Source of the DNA: a virus
Lineage: Duplodnaviria > Caudoviricetes
DNA: 49,843 nt
IMG/VR virus record: IMGVR_UViG_3300032212_000017
Span: 1-49,843 of that record
Strand: one strand, 5' to 3'
In this document: piece by piece, positions 1 through 9,286 of the stretch
How positions within the stretch are numbered: the stretch's first letter is position 1
Layout of the letters: the number at the start of each line of letters is the position of its first letter
Position numbers and translations under genes: made by a program
The notes under the pieces: generated by a model
What the model saw: only the letters and a program-made list of their open reading frames with translations
What the model was told of the DNA's origin: nothing
Database searches by the model: none

Positions 1-184
1 CCTCGTTCTGTGTAAGATGCAGAGACCTAGGATGTCCTCCTATAGCCTCGTTATGTGCGGGCGATCTACAGCAGCTGTTAATAGTCATCGGCTTATCCCA
101 CCTGAACCTTAACCGAGCAAGTTCTTCCAGGAAGTCAGGATGGAACCGCATTGTCCCACTGCCTTGGCATTTCAGCTCTCCTGC
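1..184. repeat. Terminal direct repeat (circular assembly overlap), left copy
   Basis: 1-184 equals 49660-49843 except C128 vs T49787. The repeat falls inside the endolysin gene, so it is most likely an assembly overlap rather than a physical DTR. Confidence 0.95.
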
Positions 185-238
185 TGTGAAGTTCGGAATT
201 ACCTCGAAGTCGTCTGGAACTAAGTATATTGCACCCAT
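1..238 (-). CDS. Peptidase M15 endolysin, 5' part (continues across the circular junction to 49472)
   Basis: ATG at 238 with AGGAGG upstream. It reads MGAIYLVPDDFEVIPNFTAGELKCQGSGT-MRFHPDF, in frame with ORF 49472-49810. Confidence 0.85.
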   Translation of the reverse strand, partial: MGAIYLVPDDFEVIPNFTAGELKCQGSGTMRFHPDFLEELARLRFRWDKPMTINSCCRSPAHNEAIGGHPRSLHLTQNE

Positions 239-239
239 T

Positions 240-395
240 TTAATCCTCCTTTACAAAATACAATATGAGCGGAACAGACCATATAGTTGCCAATTGAGTA
301 ATTGTTATTATAATATTACTTGTAAGCAAATGTGCGAACAAAGCCCCTATGGTCATACCTGTAGCTAAAAACATTACGTAACTGTACTTAATCAT
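240..395 (-). CDS. 51-aa two-TM membrane protein (holin/antiholin candidate)
   Basis: Hand-translated as MIKYSYVMFLATGMTIGALFAHLLTSNIIITITQLATIWSVPLILYFVKED. It has an AGGAG RBS and fills the gap between nrdJ and the endolysin. Confidence 0.6.
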   Translation of the reverse strand: MIKYSYVMFLATGMTIGALFAHLLTSNIIITITQLATIWSVPLILYFVKED

Positions 396-404
396 TTCAA
401 TCTC

Positions 405-1309
405 CTATTCACAAGTTTTCTTACCCGTATCGGGATCTATATAGCAAGCACCACCATCCTCAACAGCATTCAGTATACCGTATCGCTCGCCAGCTGCGCG
501 GAAAGTCGTGCAACCCTTGCATCCTGCTTTCCATGCTGACATATAAATATCTTTGAACTCCTCCCATGTCACATTCTCGCCTACATTCAGTGTCTTACTT
601 ACAGCCGAGTCTTGCCATTTACTTGCTGTAATCAGTACACTTAAATGCTCTTGTACAGTACACTCATCTGCTGTCTTGCCTTTGACCCCTAGTTCTCTGT
701 ATGCATAATCAGATACACGTTCAACAATCGGTCCCTCTTCTGTTTGGATTGTGCGATCATAAAAGTGAGAGAACACAGGTTCAATACCGCTAGAGATATT
801 ATCAGCCGACAAACTGATAGTACCTGTCGGGGCAATTGACGTTAGATGACTATTACGAATACCTTTTTCGCGAATCATCTCCTGGGTTTCTTTACTTAAC
901 TTTTTAATAAACCTACCCTCAAGATACTTCTCTGCATCGTACAAAGGGAACGAACCCTTTTCTTCAGCTAACTGAGCACTCGCTTGATAAATAGCATTCA
1001 CCCGCACACGTTCAAGCTTGTCATGCCACTTGTTGAACTCAGGAGAACCGTAAATCATCCCCATAGCTTCACCAGTATTAGCAAGTGCTGTTACACCAAG
1101 ACCCATTCTCCTCTTAGCTTTTGCTTCCTTGTCTTGTGCCTTTAATGGGTAAGTTGTCTTATCAACAACATTGTCCATAGCACGAACTACATGCGGGATA
1201 TCAGCTTCAAATTTCTCCCAGTCGAACTTAAGATCCTCCGTTAAATATTTCACTAAATTAAATGAGCCTAACAAACAAGCTCCGTATGGTGGTAGTGGTT
1301 GTTCTCCGC
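405..1309 (-). CDS. nrdJ: Class II (adenosylcobalamin-dependent) ribonucleotide reductase, exon 2
   Basis: (C)GEQPLPPYGACLLGSFNL, RRMGLGV, SIAPTGTIS, SSGIEP, WKAGCKGCTTFR and a C-terminal Cys pair. No small-subunit gene is seen. Confidence 0.9.
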
Positions 1310-1484
1310 CTCACACTGCTAGTATCAATGACTTTCTAGCTGTGCGCTGGACTGTCGCATACATCAGTAGATGTCCTCTTCGCTCAGTCTCTCACGCTGG
1401 CTTTACCCTTGCGCCCTGTAGGAGTGTCATCTCCGTCCAAGTCGATCAGAAGAGGTTTTAAATCCGCACGTTATTAATTGGCTA
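1310..1484 (-). ncRNA. Group I intron, 175 nt, no ORF
   Basis: The 5' exon ends in U (AAUCCGU pairs with GCGGAUU, P1 with U.G) and the intron ends in G. P3 is CCUCUUC/GAAGAGG and P7 is GACUG/CAGUC; P5, P8 and P9 stems are present. Removal restores TNP-C-GEQPL in frame (1689 nt, 562 aa). Confidence 0.92.
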
Positions 1485-2268
1485 ACGGATTGGTTGCTGC
1501 TATTGTTTCGCAATAATATAAATTGTTGTATCCATTAATACGATCCACGAATAGTATTCCAGGCTCTGCCCAGTCCCATGTTGCTCGCATCATCTTGTCC
1601 CACAGGTAACGAGCATCAACACGCTTATACACCCTTTCATTGAACCTTAGTTCAAAATCCTTACCTTTCTCCACGCAACGCATGAACTCGTCAGTCACCC
1701 CTACTGAGATATTGAACTGAGTAAGGTTATCTGAGTTTGTCTTAGCCTCAATGAACTCTTCAATATCAGGATGATCAACCCGCAGTACACCCATCTGAGC
1801 ACCACGTCGATTACCTGCGCTTGCTACTGTCTTACAGACAGAATCAAATATCTGCATGAAAGAGACTACACCACTGGATTTGCTATCAAGTGATACGATC
1901 AAATCATCTTTAGGGCGGATAGTACTGAAATCATATCCAATACCGCCACCTAGACGCATCGTCTGGGCAGCTTCTTTAGCAGCTTCCATGATACCGTCCA
2001 TTGAGTCTTCAATAGTTCGGCTAACAAAACAATTAAAAGCAGTTACCTTTCGAGGCGAACCAATAGCCGATTGCACTCGTCCAGCTGGTAAAAACCTCTG
2101 CTCTAATAGTATATCTCTGAAAGCATAAAAATGAGCAGGATCATCTGACAAAGTATTCCCTATTCGCGAATGCTTCTCTCTGAATGTCTCCCCCTCCTGT
2201 CGGTATTTCATCGCATCAATCTCAACTGATACTGATAAAGTGGGGCCGTACTGTATTTCTTTATTCAT
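1485..2268 (-). CDS. nrdJ: Class II ribonucleotide reductase, exon 1
   Basis: FLPAGR, NCFV, GGGIGYDFS, RRGAQM, HPDIEEFI, NISV, EPGILF; ends at ATNP. Confidence 0.9.
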
Positions 2269-2361
2269 CTCTTCTCCTAGGTTAATCTAATAAATTATGT
2301 AAAAGCAACAATTAAAGTTAAAGTAATCACTAACGATAGCATAAAAGCTATAAATCCAGGG

Positions 2362-2694
2362 CTAAGGTGTTTCATCATCAGACTCTTCTACATTTAATTC
2401 AGGGTTTTCTAAGCTGTATAAATACGCTGCACTCATATTGTCACGTACCTTTTCTAACTCAGATATCATGGTATTAATCTTCGCTGCCCTCTCTTTAACT
2501 GTTTTTTGTTTGTCTGTACTGAAGCCTAGATCCAAATCTATCTTACGCCCACAATCCCAAAACCCTACGCTGACATCGACGTATTTTGGACTCCATTCAT
2601 CTATACACACAATCCAGCTCATCATACCAGTATCGTTACTTTTTAATGGATTTAACCACTTACGAGACTCACCAAATATTTTTCCACCGCTCAT
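2362..2694 (-). CDS. Hypothetical protein
   Basis: 110-aa ORF with RBS, co-oriented and tightly packed. Confidence 0.7.
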   Translation of the reverse strand: MSGGKIFGESRKWLNPLKSNDTGMMSWIVCIDEWSPKYVDVSVGFWDCGRKIDLDLGFSTDKQKTVKERAAKINTMISELEKVRDNMSAAYLYSLENPELNVEESDDETP

Positions 2695-3029
2695 TCATAC
2701 TCTCCTACAAGAAACTCTAAATGTTGAACTGCTTTCTGGTAATCCTGCTTTCCGTTCTTCTTCTGAGCACGTAGAATGTACTCGATAGCTGAACTCAAGC
2801 AATGAGATTGGTACTTACTCAGTTAGTTACTGTCAGAGTCAACCACAGCTCGGACTACATCACGTACCTCTACATCTTTCTCAGGGATCAGCATGTAATG
2901 TTTAGGTGATGTAATTACATCGTGTTTAGCTGGTTTAGGGTTTTCACGCACCAACCCTACATTCCAATCTACCGGCTCACCATCTTGCTTTCTATCTTCT
3001 TCGGGGTAAAACCCATCAAAACCTGCCAT
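2691..3029 (-). pseudogene. DUF3310 (T7 gp1.7/SaV-like) protein with an in-frame TAA at 2823-2825
   Basis: DVITSPKHY precedes the stop. After the stop the same frame continues as SAIEYILRAQKKNGKQDYQKAVQHL, the typical C-terminal motif, and ends in an ATGA overlap with the next gene. Confidence 0.75.
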
Positions 3030-3030
3030 T

Positions 3031-3435
3031 TCAGCCTCCTGATCCTGCGCCTATATCCGATTTCACTTGATGTTCCTCCCAGTTTTTAATTTGTTCTTCT
3101 GTCATTTCATCAGGACAGTATTCGAGCATTAATCGATCTATTAATTGCTGACTATGTTCTAATTGACGTTCTAGTTTTTGTATTAATGCTTTTGTCTTAT
3201 AATGTTCCACTACATCCTGCCTTTTCATGTTGTTAGTACCAAGACCAGTGTTATTTTCTTGCCAGTCTTCTCTAATCTCAGTTTGTCGTTGTTTGGCTAT
3301 GTGCATAGCGTATTGTCTTTCTAATTCCTTGTCATCAAATTGCCTGTAAGTATAACCATCTTTGCGGTAAAACCACAGCCCATCAAAATCTCTAAAATAT
3401 TCAATACCGTCAACTTTTGCAGTAATAATATTCAT
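3031..3435 (-). CDS. Hypothetical protein
   Basis: 134-aa ORF with GGAGG RBS. Confidence 0.7.
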   Translation of the reverse strand: MNIITAKVDGIEYFRDFDGLWFYRKDGYTYRQFDDKELERQYAMHIAKQRQTEIREDWQENNTGLGTNNMKRQDVVEHYKTKALIQKLERQLEHSQQLIDRLMLEYCPDEMTEEQIKNWEEHQVKSDIGAGSGG

Positions 3436-3447
3436 TAATAGCCTCCA

Positions 3448-3714
3448 TTAATAATCATGATACGGTCTCGTTTCTCCGTTCTTATCTTGATTGAAAATAT
3501 TTATTAGCTCTTTCGCTATCTTCTCCCCTTTTTCTATAAATCCTTGAATAGCATTCCTTTTTTCCTCTGATTTAAAAACAGATAGATGAGCGTCTTTCGT
3601 TGATACGTGCATCCATAGCACACCGCGCTTTTTCTGCCTGCGCATATAGCACTCAAAACGCCATGTCAGGTTTTCAGGTGATTGGTATTCTTTCTCACCA
3701 TCATAATACTTCAT
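3448..3714 (-). CDS. Hypothetical protein
   Basis: 88-aa ORF coupled to the upstream gene by ATGA overlap. Confidence 0.65.
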   Translation of the reverse strand: MKYYDGEKEYQSPENLTWRFECYMRRQKKRGVLWMHVSTKDAHLSVFKSEEKRNAIQGFIEKGEKIAKELINIFNQDKNGETRPYHDY

Positions 3715-3932
3715 ATTTTATCCTTTAATTCAGACAGTTTAAGAATAGGTTTTTCAAAAGCATGTTTCTTCAGGTTGAAACCTAACTGTAAATCCTCCAT
3801 ATCGTTACCGTAACACCCTACAGCTTGCTCTGTCCATAGACAAACCTTCCCTTGTTCGTCGTAATGTACCTCATGGATACCTAAGCTACCATCTTCGTAC
3901 TGAATAATACGATTGTTCCAATAATGTTCCAC
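3711..3932 (-). CDS. Conserved phage hypothetical protein (WNxR...IHEVHY type)
   Basis: WNNRII, LGIHEVHYD and AFEKPIL motifs, familiar from small phage proteins. Confidence 0.7.
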   Translation of the reverse strand: MEHYWNNRIIQYEDGSLGIHEVHYDEQGKVCLWTEQAVGCYGNDMEDLQLGFNLKKHAFEKPILKLSELKDKI

Positions 3933-4150
3933 TACAAACCCCCCTTAATCTCTTTGATCAATTCATCTAACGTCTCTGTGTTCTCTTTCATAAGATCCAC
4001 TAACACAGCGACACGTTCTTCGTAAGGTGCGCTCTCTAAGAACTCGTTCAGTCTGTTCTGGTACGCATGAGCCTCCCTGCGCTGAACAGGGTCTGAGTAC
4101 ATCCGATCAATCATCTTCGCTTTGTACCGTCTTGTTTCTTCGTCGTTCAT
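3932..4150 (-). CDS. Hypothetical protein
   Basis: 72-aa coupled ORF. Confidence 0.6.
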   Translation of the reverse strand: MNDEETRRYKAKMIDRMYSDPVQRREAHAYQNRLNEFLESAPYEERVAVLVDLMKENTETLDELIKEIKGGL

Positions 4151-4332
4151 AGCTCTTCCATCAGGCCATGTACCTGTGTTAACTCTTTAATTAACATTTC
4201 AAGCTCAGCTTTGGTTAGGCTGGAGCTGAAGTAATAATCACAACACTCAGTTAAAGTAAGTGTTGTCTTATCCTTAGAAACATTGAAATCTACTACCGAG
4301 TCTTTCTCTAGTTTTTCAAGTATATTTTTCAT
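4147..4332 (-). CDS. Hypothetical protein
   Basis: 61-aa coupled ORF. Confidence 0.6.
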   Translation of the reverse strand: MKNILEKLEKDSVVDFNVSKDKTTLTLTECCDYYFSSSLTKAELEMLIKELTQVHGLMEEL

Positions 4333-5087
4333 AGTTTACTCGGTGTCAGCGTATTCGCTTTCGTCTGTTTAGAGCCGATATTACTTCTACCACGTAGAGG
4401 TGTACCGCAATCAGCACAAGAATATCTCTGGTACTGCATGGTCTTAGTTGTCTCAATCCCACGCTTATGTACGTGCTCTGAACCGCAATTAGAGCAAACA
4501 GGGCGTTCTGTGTCCATGAACAGTGCATGATTAGGATGATCTTTAATCCAAGGAAGCAGTGTCTTATACAGAGGTTCTAGTAGTTTGACATCCTGCTTGT
4601 TGTATCGTTCCATCTGCCTCCAAGCTTTATCATCGCCAGCCATGCACTGATTCCACAGCTCCATGCCGATGTGTTTTACCTTCGCACCTAAACCTAAAGC
4701 TTGCGCTACGTAGTCCAACTTATTGCTAGGGAACTTGAACCGCTTCCTGCATGTCTTTAGCAGATCAATCTGATGAAAAGGAGTAGGTACACCCATGTCA
4801 TTAATAGCGAACTCCTTGTTCAATGTAGGGATATCGAACTTAACACCATTGTAGTGGACAATTGCATCAGCCTCACTCATTAAGTCGAATATCTCCTTCA
4901 GCATCTCTTTCTCAGAGGATTGGTGAACTGAATTAAAGAAGACTTCTTTCTTACCATGCCATTTAGCTGCCCAACATAAGGTGTAACCAGGTTCTACTAT
5001 CTGGTTAATACCTACGTTCTGATTCCATAACCCCCAAGTGTAAACTTTATTAGGTGCTGTTTCTATATCTAAGTGTAAAATCTTCAT
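4329..5087 (-). CDS. RNase H-like (RNase_H_2/DEDD) 3'-5' exonuclease with C-terminal Zn ribbon
   Basis: LDIET, YNGVKFD, SNKLDY, YNKQDV, then CSNCGS...CADCG. Confidence 0.85.
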   Translation of the reverse strand: MKILHLDIETAPNKVYTWGLWNQNVGINQIVEPGYTLCWAAKWHGKKEVFFNSVHQSSEKEMLKEIFDLMSEADAIVHYNGVKFDIPTLNKEFAINDMGVPTPFHQIDLLKTCRKRFKFPSNKLDYVAQALGLGAKVKHIGMELWNQCMAGDDKAWRQMERYNKQDVKLLEPLYKTLLPWIKDHPNHALFMDTERPVCSNCGSEHVHKRGIETTKTMQYQRYSCADCGTPLRGRSNIGSKQTKANTLTPSKL

Positions 5088-5536
5088 AGTATTCCTAGCT
5101 CCATACAGTGTCTAGCGTAACACGCTGCTAAATTTGTAGTAAATCTTTTTGAGTGTCTGTGGTAGAATGACGCCCTCCATTTATTAGAGGTTTCATCCTT
5201 ATGTACACCCACAACAATATTATTTGTTGATTTGTTTTGTTGATTCTCAAAATGAGAACACTTGACAAGATTTACGTACCTATTGTTGAGTTTATCTCTA
5301 TCTAAATGATCAACATGTTCAGGTGGAAATTCTCCCTCCATGTATAAAAATACCAATCTATGTAAACTATAGGTCTTTCTTGATATTGATACTTTTAAAT
5401 ATCCTTCATCATTTACCCATCCAACTTCATCTCCTGCTTTAGTATTACCTAGAGACTTTCTGCGTGTGAATATACCAGTAGAGGGAGAATAATTCATTAT
5501 ATATTTCAAATAATCTTGTGTCAGCCTCTTCTTCAT
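5084..5536 (-). CDS. HNH homing endonuclease
   Basis: HRLVF...VDHLDRDKLNNRYVNL...NQQN with an AP2-like C-terminus (VGVH...KWRA). Confidence 0.88.
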   Translation of the reverse strand: MKKRLTQDYLKYIMNYSPSTGIFTRRKSLGNTKAGDEVGWVNDEGYLKVSISRKTYSLHRLVFLYMEGEFPPEHVDHLDRDKLNNRYVNLVKCSHFENQQNKSTNNIVVGVHKDETSNKWRASFYHRHSKRFTTNLAACYARHCMELGIL

Positions 5537-5772
5537 AAAAGTCCTCTTCTTCTTAATTCAGCTGCAACAGCCACGTTAAAATCTTTAACAGGTACTTTCC
5601 GTTTCTCTAGTTGTACACTGATGTACAGACTAGCACTCTGGACAGCTTGTTGATCGCTGTACTTACATCTCTTTAGCTTCTGTACCATATCTACGTAATC
5701 CTCGGCTAAGTCACGGTACATGTGTTCAGCGAGTTGTATAACCTTATCGTTCACACCATACCTTTGATTCAA
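5533..5772 (-). CDS. Hypothetical protein (true start probably the GTG of VNDKVIQ)
   Basis: Coupled ORF on the coding strand. Confidence 0.55.
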   Translation of the reverse strand: MNQRYGVNDKVIQLAEHMYRDLAEDYVDMVQKLKRCKYSDQQAVQSASLYISVQLEKRKVPVKDFNVAVAAELRRRGLL

Positions 5773-5907
5773 TCAAGAATTGTTTCAGCAACTCGCCGTC
5801 CTCTTTCCTAGTCGGATTGGCTGAAGACAGCCAGAGGGTTGCGATGGTCTGTAAATCAATCAAGAACATACAGGTGTCGTGGATTTGGTCGTTCATACGG
5901 TCGTCCA

Positions 5908-6147
5908 TTACTGAACCCTACTCTTGTATTCCTTTTTAGTCATACTTTCGATAGTACAAGGGATGGGTTTATCCTCTCTGTCATACATCGCTACTTTTTC
6001 ATACCCCCACGAATACAATACACCGAACTCACAAGCGTAACTGAATCTACCGTAAACCTTACCGTCTACAACAGGTGCTTTTATAACCTTAGCGTCAGTG
6101 TTACACGCAGGCAACAATAAGGTCAATACTAAAATTAAATACTTCAT
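5908..6147 (-). CDS. Small predicted lipoprotein
   Basis: MKYLILVLTLLLPAC: signal peptide with lipobox. Confidence 0.7.
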   Translation of the reverse strand: MKYLILVLTLLLPACNTDAKVIKAPVVDGKVYGRFSYACEFGVLYSWGYEKVAMYDREDKPIPCTIESMTKKEYKSRVQ

Positions 6148-6551
6148 AACTTTTCCTTTAAAGAATTGATAAGGTCTTTGTTCTTCTGCTTACCGCGTTC
6201 TGTTTTACATTTCCGCATACGCTTACGAATTTTACTGATTTGCTTCTCTATGTCTGACTTGTGGTTCGGGTGGATTGGTTGATCTCTCCAGTCTGTTTCC
6301 CAGTACGATACCAAGTTTTGTAGATAGAGTAATACATCGTTCGAGCGACTACGCTTGGCCCACGATTTAATGCGTCCTTCTGCATGATTACAACTCCTAT
6401 GTAAGACCCGACGACACCTTCCCGTAAAATGATCGTGGTCGAGGGTACTTTCGTGTACCTCAATTGTCTGCTGACAGAGGGGGCAAATACCACCCTGCTT
6501 TTTGAGTAACTGCTCACGATAAGCTTTAACCTCTTTTGGTTTTAGTCTCAT
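6144..6551 (-). CDS. Endonuclease VII family protein (resolvase-like)
   Basis: QGGICPLC...LDHDH.TGRCRRVLHRSCN.AEG. Confidence 0.85.
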   Translation of the reverse strand: MRLKPKEVKAYREQLLKKQGGICPLCQQTIEVHESTLDHDHFTGRCRRVLHRSCNHAEGRIKSWAKRSRSNDVLLYLQNLVSYWETDWRDQPIHPNHKSDIEKQISKIRKRMRKCKTERGKQKNKDLINSLKEKL

Positions 6552-7309
6552 ACCTCAGTGCGTCCAATTGCAAGGAGAACGTAATTCACCTCGTACTCCT
6601 TAGAATATCCCTGCTCCGCGTACAAATCTTTCACTGCCTGTAACCTCTCTGCTGCTGTGTCGTACTGAAGGAGGAAGTCTCTGGCCTTCACATGACCGTA
6701 ACCAGACTTGGCGTACTCACCTGACTTCAGTTTAGGGCGTACTGGGCTTAAAATATTGTCAGCTGAATCTCCGCAAGTTAGCTGGTAAGCTAAGAAGTTA
6801 CCCGCATCTTCTTCGTTCACCCAAAAGATATTACCTGCGTGGTGTCCTCGCCATTTATAATACCAACCACTCACGGTTTGAAAATCTTTATCTAATGTTG
6901 CAATGATAGGTGCACTGGCATGTAAGCCATCATCTAAAGCTAATATCATTTGTTTTGCTAACATATCATCCGCCTCATATCCATCAGGTGCAATCTCTGC
7001 ATCCCAGTGCTGAATCAGGTAATCTTTAGTTGCTTGGTAATGCGGTGGTTTCTCTTTATCCTTCCGATTAGCCTTGTAATTCTCAGCAATCTCGTACCTA
7101 AAATTAGTCGGTGATGATAGAATACACCTCATCGTTTCACACTGAGTTTTTTCCTGCATATCAAGCAACATCTCTTTGACTGAGTGCAGGATGAAATTAA
7201 CAGGTTCGTCAGGATCACGGCTGAGGTACAGCATTAGGTCGGAATCTACAAGCAACACACGTCCTGGAATAACCGTTCTTTGCTCTCGGATAGGGAGGGT
7301 TAATGTCAT
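6548..7309 (-). CDS. 5'-3' exonuclease (T7 gp6/FEN-like)
   Basis: VDSD, NFR, YKANR, EADD, DKD and GDSADNI motifs. Start placed at the ATG at 7309 (ATGA overlap). Confidence 0.88.
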   Translation of the reverse strand: MTLTLPIREQRTVIPGRVLLVDSDLMLYLSRDPDEPVNFILHSVKEMLLDMQEKTQCETMRCILSSPTNFRYEIAENYKANRKDKEKPPHYQATKDYLIQHWDAEIAPDGYEADDMLAKQMILALDDGLHASAPIIATLDKDFQTVSGWYYKWRGHHAGNIFWVNEEDAGNFLAYQLTCGDSADNILSPVRPKLKSGEYAKSGYGHVKARDFLLQYDTAAERLQAVKDLYAEQGYSKEYEVNYVLLAIGRTEV

Positions 7310-7494
7310 AACGTCCATACCCAATACAGACCAGTTGAAACAAAGCCTAACAAAGATACAATAAACAGTATTAGAAAACCCCATGCTATAAATACAGGCC
7401 ACTCATGGCTTTCTGTCGCTTGAATAATTTTACCTACTAGGGCTATTATAATACCGAATGTTATTAGTAGTTTCAATTCAATATCCATAATCAA
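7306..7494 (-). CDS. Small two-TM membrane protein
   Basis: Two hydrophobic segments; coupled to the exonuclease gene. Confidence 0.6.
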   Translation of the reverse strand: MIMDIELKLLITFGIIIALVGKIIQATESHEWPVFIAWGFLILFIVSLLGFVSTGLYWVWTL

Positions 7495-7663
7495 CTCGCA
7501 ATCAAATCAAAATTATTCAAAGTAAGCACCATCGCCATCCTGCGGGTCTCACCCTGCTTAAGTTGGAAGTGCAGCTCACCGATGATATCTTCAAAGTTAG
7601 GATGATCGAATATCAGATCCATCATCAGGTGGATGTACTCTTTATCTGTTGTCTCTTCGCGAT

Positions 7664-7936
7664 TCATGACTCACCCACCGTACTCTCTAAAAACATCACC
7701 AACTCCTTCTTCTTCTCGTACTCATAACCCGAGTCACGCCACGCAAGTGCTAACTCGGTGATACGTTCAGCTTTAGCACAATCTTTAATCAACATCTGAT
7801 CCAGAGCGCCTTGTACGTACTCAACAGACTTGTGTTGTACTACACAGTCACCGTCTACGATAAGCCACCACCGTTGAGATTCAGGGTCTCTTTTAATGTG
7901 TGGTTTAGTCATCATATCCACCGTATCCACCTTCAT
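7664..7936 (-). CDS. Hypothetical protein
   Basis: Coding-strand ORF; start uncertain. Confidence 0.55.
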   Translation of the reverse strand: MKVDTVDMMTKPHIKRDPESQRWWLIVDGDCVVQHKSVEYVQGALDQMLIKDCAKAERITELALAWRDSGYEYEKKKELVMFLESTVGES

Positions 7937-8204
7937 CTCGGTAATCTATATACGTAACAATAGGATCGTGTCCTGATTCTAATTTAAAATCATGTATTAC
8001 TTTGATTACAGCAGGATCATCTGTCACTAACTCAATATCAGTTTCTTCAAGTTCACCACTAATATCTGAGTGCTTCCCTAGCACTTCTCCGAAATAAATA
8101 GTTTTTCCGATTGCCTCGGCTACATCTACAGGGTCTGCTAAAAAGACACCTTCAAGGTCGCCCATACGTCCACAATCCCAATAAAATTTATATAAAGCTT
8201 TCAT
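7905..8204 (-). CDS. Conserved phage hypothetical protein (WDCGRMG...FGEVLGKHS)
   Basis: Recognisable conserved phage motif; ATG at 8204 with AGGAG RBS. Confidence 0.75.
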   Translation of the reverse strand: MKALYKFYWDCGRMGDLEGVFLADPVDVAEAIGKTIYFGEVLGKHSDISGELEETDIELVTDDPAVIKVIHDFKLESGHDPIVTYIDYRDEGGYGGYDD

Positions 8205-8300
8205 TCGTTCTCTCCTACGCCGTCCCTGGCGCTTGTTCACCACTTACGCGGCATGTTCCATAGGTTCAAAGGTGGTAGATCAGGTTCTGCCCATGTTATA

Positions 8301-9008
8301 TCAAAAAGGCGCGTCTGAATCATCAAACTCAGGCTCACCAGCTGACGCTGCATCTGCTGTAGCTTCCATCGCTACCTGATCTGAGACTAACTGCTCAAGA
8401 CGTGAACCACTGAAGTTAGTTGCTGACTTGATCTTCTCTTGCACCCAGTCATGCAGTGAGCTGAAGATATCTTGATCAGGTTCATCAAAATCGAACACAA
8501 CAGGGGCTTTACTCGGCTGTGCAACGTCCATACCTGCTACCATCGGACCGACTGAAACTACCTTGGCTTTACCACCCGATGTTGAACCAATCTGCACAAG
8601 ACACGCTTCACCCAGTACAGCACTGATACTCTCAGCTCCAGGTTTTAAAGCTTGGACTAACTTGAACAGTGCGCCTTTAGAGGTGACTGTGTAATCTTTA
8701 CTCTGCCAGCGTGGTAAGTCCTCACCTTTGATGTTAATAGTCTCGGTAGGGAACTCGTAAGTTACTTGTACCTGTGGTTGAATGACTGGCATACCTGTGA
8801 CTTCAGAAGTCTTCTTAGCGAACCCATCATCACCTTTAACGGCTGTGCCGTCACCAGCTTCTACATAGTACTGAGGGACTGACTGACCGTTAATCCATGC
8901 TGTATTGTGCTGTTCGCCTAGATCAATGATCTGTACAATACGTGCAGGAAAAGATCCATCGGGGATTCGTCCGTTGTCTTGTTTAGTTTGTTGCATGTTT
9001 AAGCTCAT
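8301..9008 (-). CDS. Putative single-stranded DNA-binding protein
   Basis: ARIVQIIDLG OB-like N-terminus, acidic tail ending EFDDSDAPF, and position between polymerase and exonuclease. Confidence 0.7.
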   Translation of the reverse strand: MSLNMQQTKQDNGRIPDGSFPARIVQIIDLGEQHNTAWINGQSVPQYYVEAGDGTAVKGDDGFAKKTSEVTGMPVIQPQVQVTYEFPTETINIKGEDLPRWQSKDYTVTSKGALFKLVQALKPGAESISAVLGEACLVQIGSTSGGKAKVVSVGPMVAGMDVAQPSKAPVVFDFDEPDQDIFSSLHDWVQEKIKSATNFSGSRLEQLVSDQVAMEATADAASAGEPEFDDSDAPF

Positions 9009-9286
9009 TACTTCTCCTCCAAGTCTTCAAAACTACCTTCTACGAATATTACCCATTCTGGGGACAGGACATTAGTGCTACTAGGGATCTGAATATTACC
9101 CTTCGAAGATACCCTAAAAACATCTAACAATGTACCACTGTAGTCATTTATATCATAAGGCAGAGGTAAGGTTGGCAATGCAGTCAACCCTCTCTTAACG
9201 TACACACGGACTAGCTTAGGTTTATCCAGCTCCTGTACGAATTGCTGTAATTCTTCGATCTTCTGAAGTGCTTGTTGTTTGTTCAT
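9008..9286 (-). CDS. Hypothetical protein
   Basis: 92-aa coupled ORF. Confidence 0.6.
   Translation of the reverse strand: MNKQQALQKIEELQQFVQELDKPKLVRVYVKRGLTALPTLPLPYDINDYSGTLLDVFRVSSKGNIQIPSSTNVLSPEWVIFVEGSFEDLEEK

Noticed and set aside
1-184. Physical direct terminal repeat of the virion DNA
   Set aside because: It lies mid-gene (endolysin) and is better explained as an assembly overlap.
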